DNA of 64,000 nt, from the NCBI GenBank assembly GCA_020441905.1, contig JAGRLG010000030.1, positions 20,970 through 84,969 on the forward strand, given 5' to 3'. Each line of letters begins with the position of its first letter. Within the stretch, counting starts at the first letter, position 1. The stretch comes from Rhodobiaceae bacterium (GTDB lineage: Bacteria; Pseudomonadota; Alphaproteobacteria; Rhizobiales; NORP267). The position numbers and the translations under genes are program-made. Below are positions 1 to 6,914 of this stretch, in pieces. The notes below the pieces were generated by a model. The model was not told where the DNA came from, ran no database searches, and worked only from the letters and a program-made list of their open reading frames with translations.

Positions 1-698
1 CCTTCGAGTGGCTGCGCAAGGCGCCCTGGGGCAATCCGGCCTTTGCCGGCATGTTCCTGTCGCTGGTGCTGTTCGGCTTCCTCGGCGGCATCACCGGCGT
101 CGTGCTGGGTACCGAGCAGATCAACCTGATCATGCACAACACCCTGTATGTGCCGGGGCATTTCCATGCCACGGTGGTGGCGGGCACCACGCTTGCCTTC
201 ATGGCGGTCACCTATCTCGTCGTACCGCTGATCTTCCGCCGTCAGATCATCCTGCCGGGCCTCGCCAAGTGGCAGCCCTATCTGTTCGGCATCGGCGTCG
301 CCGGCATCTCGCTGTTCATGATGGGTGCAGGCACGCTGGGCGTTCCGCGCCGGCACTGGGACATCACCTTTACCGATGCCGCCATTGCCGTCGATATGCC
401 CGGCACGGCGTTCCTGATGATGGGTCTGAACGGTCTGTTCGCGCTACTCGCGGCGACAGGCGGCCTACTCTATATCCTCATCGTCGTCGGTTCGGTGTTG
501 TTCGGCGAGAAGCGGACCGAGGCGGTCGCCAAGGCCAACCCGGTCATCTTCGATGCCAGCACCGTCAAGAGCTACGGCTCGGAGGAACATCCGAAGCTTT
601 CCGGGACTTACGTCCTGGTGGCCATCTTCTTCGTGGCTTTCGTTCTCTACTACTATGTGAACTGGAAGTTCCTGTCGGAAGTCTGGCCGCTTAGCTAA
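1..698 (+). CDS. Haem-copper oxidase superfamily subunit I, C-terminal part (5' end outside window), B-family-like
   Basis: Frame 3 is open from the window edge (FEWLRKAPWGNPAF...). The translation contains HNTLYVPGHFHATVV (helix-X His-x-His haem ligands, with the VPGHFH form I associate with ba3/B-type enzymes) and GVPRRHW. There are several TM helices, including an extra C-terminal one. Stop at 696-698. Confidence 0.85.
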   Translation, partial: FEWLRKAPWGNPAFAGMFLSLVLFGFLGGITGVVLGTEQINLIMHNTLYVPGHFHATVVAGTTLAFMAVTYLVVPLIFRRQIILPGLAKWQPYLFGIGVAGISLFMMGAGTLGVPRRHWDITFTDAAIAVDMPGTAFLMMGLNGLFALLAATGGLLYILIVVGSVLFGEKRTEAVAKANPVIFDASTVKSYGSEEHPKLSGTYVLVAIFFVAFVLYYYVNWKFLSEVWPLS

Positions 699-710
699 GC
701 GAATGAAGGC

Positions 711-742
711 GGGCCCGCGGCGCAAATCGCGGGCCCGTTTTT
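711..742 (+). terminator. Rho-independent terminator after oxidase subunit I
   Basis: GGGCCCGCG (711-719), 8-nt loop, CGCGGGCCC (728-736), then G+TTTTT (737-742). It lies 13 nt after the stop codon. Confidence 0.8.
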
Positions 743-772
743 CTCTCAACCCGGTGTAACTGGAGTCCGGCC

Positions 773-1642
773 TTGGCCAACCCGATCGCCCTTGTGGCCA
801 ACGTGTTCAAGTTGCGCATCGGTGTGGCGATTACGCTTTGTGCCCTTGCCGGCCTTGCCGTCACACCCGGCCCCGACCTGCCGGTCTGGAAGATCGCTGT
901 CTTGGGCCTGAGCGTTCTTTTTTCGTCCGCCGCCGCGGGTGCCTTCAATCAGTATGTCGAGCGCGATCTCGACGCGCATATGACACGGACCCGCAACCGG
1001 CCCTTCGTCACCGGTGCCCTCGCGCCCGGATGGCCCTGGCCGGCCGTCATTTCCGGCATCCTTGTCGCTTCCGTTGCCGCCGCGGCGCTGGTTCTGAACC
1101 TGGCCGCCGCCGCCTATGTTTTTCTCGGCGCCTTCTTTTACGGCATCGTCTACACCGTATGGCTGAAACGCCGCAGCGCCTGGAACATCGTCATCGGCGG
1201 GCTAGCCGGCAGTTTCGCCGTTCTCGCCGGCGCCGCCGCCATCGATCCGGCGCTAGCGCCCGAGCCTGTCATCCTGGCCGTCGTGCTGTTCCTGTGGACG
1301 CCGCCCCATTTCTGGAGCCTGGCCGCCGCGCTGCGCGACGATTATGCCGCTGCCGGAGTTCCCATGCTCCCGGTCGTCGTCGGTACGCCGCGCGCCTCGC
1401 AGGCTACTCTGGTGCATACGCTCGTCCTCGTGGCGTTGTCGCTGGTGCCGGCGCTGGCCTATGGCCTCGGGCCGATCTATCTTGCGGGTGCCGCCGCCGG
1501 TGGCGCCCTTTTTGTCTGGCGCAGCATTCAGTTTGCCCTGGCGCCGGGACGCATTACCGCAATGTCCAATTTTCACGCGTCGCTGGTTCAGCTAACCCTG
1601 CTCCTGGTCGGCGCCATGCTGGATCGTTGGCTCCTCGCCTGA
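773..1642 (+). CDS. ctaB: Protohaem IX farnesyltransferase (haem O synthase), UbiA family
   Basis: TTG start with GGAG at 762-765. Translation has FNQYVERDLDAHMTRTRNRPFVTG and a multi-TM UbiA-type layout with WTPPHFWSLA. Confidence 0.85.
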   Translation: MANPIALVANVFKLRIGVAITLCALAGLAVTPGPDLPVWKIAVLGLSVLFSSAAAGAFNQYVERDLDAHMTRTRNRPFVTGALAPGWPWPAVISGILVASVAAAALVLNLAAAAYVFLGAFFYGIVYTVWLKRRSAWNIVIGGLAGSFAVLAGAAAIDPALAPEPVILAVVLFLWTPPHFWSLAAALRDDYAAAGVPMLPVVVGTPRASQATLVHTLVLVALSLVPALAYGLGPIYLAGAAAGGALFVWRSIQFALAPGRITAMSNFHASLVQLTLLLVGAMLDRWLLA

Positions 1643-1657
1643 AAGAGGCCGAAAGAC

Positions 1658-2578
1658 ATGCAATTCAGGGCGATTGCCCGCACCGTCTGCTTGGTTGGCC
1701 TGGCACTGGCTCCGCTGGTCGCCGCGGCGGGCGCGTGGGCGGAATCGCCGGCGCTTTCGGGCGGCCATGGCGGCAAGCTGCGGGCCGTGCCAGCGGCTGG
1801 GGCGAAGCCGGTCGACCGGTCTAGCCACCCGGGCGCCGCCGAATTCGATGAAAAGCAGGCTCTGGCAATCAGCCAGGGGGCGATCGGCAACCGGCTTTCC
1901 AATCTGTCCTTCACCGATTCAAATGGGCAGAAGGTCGAGTTGTCCGAATTTCTCGGCAAGCCGCTGATTGTCAGCATGGTCTATACCAGTTGCTACCACA
2001 CTTGCCCGCTGATTACGGAAACCGTCGAACACGCGGTTTCGAATGCCAACGGCACGATCGGCGCCGACAAGCTCAACGTCATTTCCGTCGGGTTCGATAC
2101 CCGCTACGACACGCCGGAGCGCATGCGCTCATTTGCCCGCAATCATGGCGTCAAGGAATCCAATTGGCGGTTGCTGTCGGGTGACGAAGAGACAATAAAG
2201 CAGCTGTCGAGAGAACTCGGCTTCATTTTCTTCCCGTCGTCCAAGGGGTTCGACCATCTGGCCCAGACGACGGTCATCAATAAGGACGGAATCGTCCACG
2301 GACAGGTTTACGGTGCCGATTTTCCGCTGCCGAGCCTGGTCGAACCGATAAAAGCCCTGGTTTTCGGGAGGGAGCGCGATTTTACCACGTTCGAGGGAAT
2401 CGCAAATCGCATACGGTTGTTCTGCACGCTCTACGATCCGCGGGACGACCGCTATTATTTTGACTATTCAGTGTTTATCGGCATCATCATCGGATTTCTG
2501 TGCCTCGGAGGGGTTGGCACGGTCCTGATACGCAACATCTGGCGGCTTTGGCGGAACAGCAAGGCGCACCAGGCGTAA
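1658..2578 (+). CDS. SCO1/SenC-family copper chaperone with signal peptide and extra C-terminal TM anchor
   Basis: AGAGG RBS. N-terminal signal-like segment ends ...AAAGAWA. Thioredoxin-fold CxxxC (YTSCYHTCP) and conserved His (FDHLAQT) are present. The C-terminal LFCTLYDPRDDRYYFDYS is followed by a hydrophobic helix (VFIGIIIGFLCLGGVGTVLI). Confidence 0.85.
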   Translation: MQFRAIARTVCLVGLALAPLVAAAGAWAESPALSGGHGGKLRAVPAAGAKPVDRSSHPGAAEFDEKQALAISQGAIGNRLSNLSFTDSNGQKVELSEFLGKPLIVSMVYTSCYHTCPLITETVEHAVSNANGTIGADKLNVISVGFDTRYDTPERMRSFARNHGVKESNWRLLSGDEETIKQLSRELGFIFFPSSKGFDHLAQTTVINKDGIVHGQVYGADFPLPSLVEPIKALVFGRERDFTTFEGIANRIRLFCTLYDPRDDRYYFDYSVFIGIIIGFLCLGGVGTVLIRNIWRLWRNSKAHQA

Positions 2579-2592
2579 CGGAGTGCAACAAC

Positions 2593-4179
2593 ATGACCTT
2601 CCTTCAGGCACCGATTCGTGCCTTTTTCGCCATTCTCGAGAGCGCTTTGGACCGGATCTTCGGTGCCAAGTTCAACCCGCTGTACCATTTGGGAGCGCTC
2701 GGCTTCTTCATGTACTGGGTGGTCGCGGTCACCGGTATCTACATCTACATTTTCTTCGATACCGGCATCACCGAAGCCTATGATTCGGTCGAATATATGA
2801 CCCATGACCAGTGGTATCTGGCCGGCGTCATGCGCTCATTCCACCGCTATGCCTCGGATGCCATGGTGCTGTTCATGGTGATCCATATCTTCCGCGAATT
2901 CGCCATGGATCGCTATCGCGGAGCGCGCTGGTTCACCTGGGTCACCGGAACCCCGGTCATGATCCTGATCTTTGCCTCGGGTATCACCGGCTACTGGCTG
3001 GTCTGGGACGAACTCGCCCAGTTCATCGCCGTGCGCTCGGCCGAATGGCTGGATTGGCTGCCAATTTTCGGCACCGCCATCGCCGCCAACTTCCTGACCC
3101 CCGATGCGCTGGACGACCGCTTCTTCACCCTGATGATCTTCATCCACATCGCGGCCCCCTTGATCCTGCTGTTCATCTTGTGGATTCACTTGCAGCGCGT
3201 CTCCAATGCGGTCACCAATCCGCCCCGCGCGCTGGCCGTCGGCATGATGGTTGCAATGCTGGTGCTGTCGCTGGTCAAGCCCGCGGTCAGCCATGGCCCC
3301 GCCGATCTTGGCACCGTGGTGTCGGTGCTCGACCTCGACTGGTTCTATCTCGGCATGTATCCGCTGCTCGACTACTGGTCTTCGGGCACGGTATGGGCAA
3401 CGCTCGGCGTGCTTTTGCTGATCCTGCTCCTGCTGCCCTGGCTGCCGCCGATGCGCCGCGCCGCCCCGGCCCTGGTCACCCTGGACCAGTGCAATGGCTG
3501 CACACGCTGCCAGGCGGACTGTCCCTATGCCGCCATCACCATGGTGCCGCGCACGGATGGACTCAAATTCGACCTCCAGGCCGAAGTCAATCCCGACAAA
3601 TGCGTCAGTTGCGGCATTTGCGCCGGGGCCTGTCCGACCGCGACGCCGTTCCGGCGCCGCGCCGATCTGGTTGCCGGCATCGATCTGCCGGATTCCTCGA
3701 TCGCCGACCTTCGCGACCGCATCCATGCCGCCGCTGACCTGCTTGGCGGCAAGACCCGCATTCTGGTCATGTCGTGCCAGCATGCGGCCCGCACCGACGA
3801 TCTGGTCGGGCCGGAAGCGACCGCGGTCAAGGTGCCCTGCATCGGCGCCATTCCGCCGTCCTTTATCGATTACATGCTGAGCGAGGGGCTTGCCGACGGC
3901 GTCATGCTGTCGGGCTGTTCGGAAGGCGAATGCTACAATCGATTTGGCGGCCATTGGACCAAGGCGCGGCTGGAAGGCACCCGCGACCCCAACCTGCGCA
4001 AGCGCGTTCCGCGCGAACGCATAGGCACCTTCTGGGGCAACAAGATGCAAGGCGGCGGGTTGCGCCGTGAAATCGAGCGGTTTGCCGGCTCCCTTGCCGA
4101 TCTTCCCAAACCGCCGCTGCCGGATCGATCCGGTCCCCCTCCCGCTCCCAGCCGGTCGAAGGAGGCGAGCGATGCTTAG
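2593..4179 (+). CDS. Fusion protein: dihaem cytochrome b (bc1/b6 N-terminal type) + 2x[4Fe-4S] ferredoxin + MvhD/FlpD-like hydrogenase Fe-S domain
   Basis: ATG at 2593 with GGAG at 2580-2583. N-terminal part has RSFHRYASDAMVLFMVIHIFREF and FIHIAAPLILLFILWIHL (four His on helices B/D). Then CNGCTRCQADCP and CVSCGICAGACP. Then VMSCQH...VPCIGAIPPSFIDYML..GADGVMLSGCSEGECYNRFGGHW (MvhD/FlpD pattern). Confidence 0.8.
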   Translation: MTFLQAPIRAFFAILESALDRIFGAKFNPLYHLGALGFFMYWVVAVTGIYIYIFFDTGITEAYDSVEYMTHDQWYLAGVMRSFHRYASDAMVLFMVIHIFREFAMDRYRGARWFTWVTGTPVMILIFASGITGYWLVWDELAQFIAVRSAEWLDWLPIFGTAIAANFLTPDALDDRFFTLMIFIHIAAPLILLFILWIHLQRVSNAVTNPPRALAVGMMVAMLVLSLVKPAVSHGPADLGTVVSVLDLDWFYLGMYPLLDYWSSGTVWATLGVLLLILLLLPWLPPMRRAAPALVTLDQCNGCTRCQADCPYAAITMVPRTDGLKFDLQAEVNPDKCVSCGICAGACPTATPFRRRADLVAGIDLPDSSIADLRDRIHAAADLLGGKTRILVMSCQHAARTDDLVGPEATAVKVPCIGAIPPSFIDYMLSEGLADGVMLSGCSEGECYNRFGGHWTKARLEGTRDPNLRKRVPRERIGTFWGNKMQGGGLRREIERFAGSLADLPKPPLPDRSGPPPAPSRSKEASDA

Positions 4180-4678
4180 TATCGTCAAATATATCGGTCA
4201 GGCGCTCGTTTATGCCGCCATCATGGCCAGCCTGGGTTTCCTGGCGACCTCTCCCGCTTATCAGCATTTCCCGCCCGATCACGCGATGATCAAGCTGACC
4301 TTCGCCCATGGCGGCAAGCATATCACCGACTGTGTGAGGACCTCGCGCGAGGACCTGAAGGACCTGGCGCCCAATATGCGCAAGCAGGTCCGCTGCTCGC
4401 GGGACCGTGTCGCCATTACCGTGCAGCTGGAGATCGACGGCAAGGCGGTCTACGACCACACCTTGCAGCCGGCGGGCCTGCGCAATGACGGGCCTTCGCA
4501 GGTCTATGAGGGCTTCCCGGTTACGGCCGGAAAGCATGTGCTCAGCATGCGTCTGCGCGACACCAAGCGTACCGACGGCGGCTTCGACTACGAAACCACA
4601 GCCGAGGTTGAGCTTTCGCCGAAGCAGCTGTTTGTTATACAATTTCGACCTGAATTCGGCGGATTCTATTTTAACTAG
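4172..4678 (+). CDS. Hypothetical membrane-anchored protein (single N-terminal TM + ~130 aa soluble, beta-rich-looking domain)
   Basis: ATG at 4172 overlaps the upstream stop by 8 nt, with GGAGG at 4161-4165. N-terminal helix is YIGQALVYAAIMASLGFLA. I recognise no family. The AT-richer 3' end is still in frame. Confidence 0.6.
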   Translation: MLSIVKYIGQALVYAAIMASLGFLATSPAYQHFPPDHAMIKLTFAHGGKHITDCVRTSREDLKDLAPNMRKQVRCSRDRVAITVQLEIDGKAVYDHTLQPAGLRNDGPSQVYEGFPVTAGKHVLSMRLRDTKRTDGGFDYETTAEVELSPKQLFVIQFRPEFGGFYFN

Positions 4679-4702
4679 ATCAGCCGGGAAGTGGAGAATC
4701 GC

Positions 4703-5113
4703 ATGGCCTTGGTTGGATGGAAAAAGGAATACGAAACGGGCATTGAGTCCGTCGACGAGGAGCACAAGGAACTGCTTGCGCTGATCAACGAAACCACGGC
4801 AAAGCTGCGCGCCGATTTGCATACGGTGGAGAACATCGAGTCCTATCTTGGTGAGATCCATGCCAAGATTTCGGCCCACTTCGCGCTTGAAGAGCGCTTC
4901 ATGCGTGACGCCAGCTACAGCCATTTGAAGCCGCACAAGGACGATCACGAACGGCTTCTCGATGACCTGCGCCGGATCATGGTGAACTACCGCTCGGGCT
5001 CCTATCTTCAGTTCGAGCAATCCTTGATCCAGCACCTCAACGACTGGTTCATGATCCACTTCACCACGCATGATTCGCTTTTGCACGGTGAACTGGGCGA
5101 TCACCCGCATTGA
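4703..5113 (+). CDS. Bacteriohemerythrin-like di-iron protein
   Basis: ATG at 4703 preceded by GGAG (4693-4696); an alternative GTG lies at 4691. Full ligand pattern is present: VDEEHKELL, HAKISAHFALEE, HKDDHERLL, WFMIHFTTHD. Confidence 0.85.
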   Translation: MALVGWKKEYETGIESVDEEHKELLALINETTAKLRADLHTVENIESYLGEIHAKISAHFALEERFMRDASYSHLKPHKDDHERLLDDLRRIMVNYRSGSYLQFEQSLIQHLNDWFMIHFTTHDSLLHGELGDHPH

Positions 5114-5300
5114 TCGTCGCGGTGGCGGCGGCTGACCGGCCGCCGCCGCCGGGGCGCCATCTAGTTCCGGTTTCCAGCGGGGGCGGCACCGATAGCGGGT
5201 CCGCCCCCGTTGCCTTTGGTGCCCGGCAAATTTCCAGGCCGGCTGGACGCGATGAGGCGTATCGGGTCTACTGAAGGGGAAGAACAGTCGGGGGCGTTGA

Positions 5301-5936
5301 ATGACCGGCAGTGGAAACACGCCCGATGTCATCATCTGGGACATGGGCGGCATCCTCTATCGTTTTTTCACCGAAGTGGTGGTCGAGCGCGCCCGGCACG
5401 AAAACTGGCCGCTTGAACGCCTCGCCCTGGGGCCGACGGGGCTGGCGCCTGATCCCGACTATGCTGCCCTGGATCGCGGCGATATCAGCGAACCGGAATA
5501 TGTCAGGCGCCTGGTGGCGGGCCTTGCCCGCCACGGCATCGAATATGAGCCTTATGCCGATGTCGGCCTGGGCGGCAGGGAGCGGGCGGAAACCTGGCCA
5601 CTCGTGGTCAGCCTCGGGCGGATGGGCCGGCGCCAGGTGCTGCTAACCAACGATGCCACGGCCTGGCTGGGCGAGGCATGGTGGGAGGGGTGGAAATACC
5701 GCGACCATTTCGAGGCCATTGTCGACGTCAAGACGATCGGCATCCGTAAGCCGGCGCCCGAGCCTTATCTGGCTTGCACCCGCGCCCTTGGCGTGACGCC
5801 GGACCAATGCATCTTCATAGACGATATGCATGTCAATTGCCTGGGCGCCGAGGCGGTCGGCATGGAAAGCTACTGGTTCGACGTTGCCGATCTGCCAGCC
5901 GCTGTGGCGGGCCTGAACCAGCGGCTGGGCCTCTAG
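5301..5936 (+). CDS. HAD-superfamily hydrolase
   Basis: VIIWDMGGIL N-terminal motif, LLTNDA, and CIFIDD near the C-terminus. Subfamily not assignable. Confidence 0.7.
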   Translation: MTGSGNTPDVIIWDMGGILYRFFTEVVVERARHENWPLERLALGPTGLAPDPDYAALDRGDISEPEYVRRLVAGLARHGIEYEPYADVGLGGRERAETWPLVVSLGRMGRRQVLLTNDATAWLGEAWWEGWKYRDHFEAIVDVKTIGIRKPAPEPYLACTRALGVTPDQCIFIDDMHVNCLGAEAVGMESYWFDVADLPAAVAGLNQRLGL

Positions 5937-6096
5937 CGGACGCGGCCCGGACCAGGCGTTCCGGCGGGCGGACTCGCGCCTGCCAGCCGCGATCCGACAG
6001 GCCCGCCTTGCCGCGGCCAGGCGCCGCCGCCGCCCGCGCCAGCCTGGCGAAAACAGCCATTGATTTGCCACAATGATCGTGCGAAATCTCCTCAAC

Positions 6097-6120
6097 GGCG
6101 GCCCGGTTAGGCCGCCTTTC
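6097..6120 (+). terminator. Orphan terminator-like hairpin in a 278-bp gap
   Basis: GGCGGCC (6097-6103), loop CGGTTA, GGCCGCC (6110-6116), then TTTC. It lies about 160 nt downstream of the HAD stop, with no CDS immediately upstream. Confidence 0.4.
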
Positions 6121-6214
6121 CTATGGCGAATATCCGGAGCGCGTGAGGGCAAGTTGGTCTTGCGCAGCGCCACCGCCCGCCAGCAGTGTGGCTTTCGGAA
6201 CGCAGGGTTCATAA

Positions 6215-6634
6215 ATGGAAAAAATGCTTAGGGTAATCGCTACCGGCCGGGTGGCGTTGGTCGCCGCCTTGGTGATTGTGGTTCTGTCTCTGATTCCGGC
6301 GGGCAATTGGTATCACGGGCTGGGTATCGAGGGTCTGGATCACTATATCGCCTATTTTGCCCTGTCCTTCCTGCTGCTTTACGGCTGCCAGGACCGCTTG
6401 GGCTGGGCCGCGCGCATGGCTGGCGCGATGACCCTCGGTCTTTTCATCGAACTGGTGCAGCCCTATTTCCATCGCGGCATGGAACTGCCCGATGTCTACG
6501 CCAATGCCGCCGGCATTGCGTCGGGCGCGCTGCTTGTCCTGTTGGTTCGCGCCGCCGTTTCCTTCCTGCATCGCCATATGCTGGATTTCGGCTTGGCCAA
6601 GGCCGGCGCCGCCGCCGACAATGTGGCGCCATAG
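6215..6634 (+). CDS. VanZ-like family membrane protein
   Basis: Four hydrophobic helices with HYIAYFALSFLL and ELVQPYFHRGMELPDVYANAAG, typical of VanZ-like proteins. Start could be 6215 or 6224. Confidence 0.65.
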   Translation: MEKMLRVIATGRVALVAALVIVVLSLIPAGNWYHGLGIEGLDHYIAYFALSFLLLYGCQDRLGWAARMAGAMTLGLFIELVQPYFHRGMELPDVYANAAGIASGALLVLLVRAAVSFLHRHMLDFGLAKAGAAADNVAP

Positions 6635-6721
6635 CCGCCAAGCGCCAGTCCGCACTGCCCGTAAATGGCGCGAAACCCCGGCGCTATTTCCGGCATAAAT
6701 CTAATAATTTCAGGAATTTAA

Positions 6722-6797
6722 TGGTGGGCGGTACTGGACTCGAACCAGTGACCCCTGCGATGTGAACACAGTGCTCTACCAACTGAGCTAACCGCCC
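6722..6797 (-). tRNA. tRNA-Val (anticodon CAC), CCA encoded
   Basis: Reverse complement is GGGCGGTTAGCTCAGTTGGTAGAGCACTGTGTTCACATCGCAGGGGTCACTGGTTCGAGTCCAGTACCGCCCACCA. All four stems pair (acceptor 7 bp, D 4 bp, anticodon 5 bp, T 5 bp). Anticodon loop is TTCACAT and T-loop is TTCGAGT. Confidence 0.95.
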
Positions 6798-6914
6798 CCG
6801 CCGCGCGCCCGGCGCCACGGCAGGCCGATATAAGGTTCAAGCTTTGGCCAAGTCAAGCGCGGCGCGGACGCTTTCCCGCTTGCCGGCAAAAATCAGCTCG
6901 GGCATATAGGCACC

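Noticed and set aside
2836-4188. 450-aa ORF antisense to the cytochrome b/Fe-S fusion gene. Similar ORFs occur at 3902-5353 and 8..694.
   Set aside because: The composition is Arg/Gly/Ala/Asp/His-rich with no recognisable motifs, and the ORF lies exactly opposite a gene with clear family signatures. This is the typical stop-codon-poor shadow frame of GC-rich DNA.
6640-6914. tRNA-Val as an integration hotspot or genomic-island boundary
   Set aside because: There is no integrase, no direct repeat of the tRNA 3' end and no compositional shift in the flanking genes (VanZ-like, MFS).
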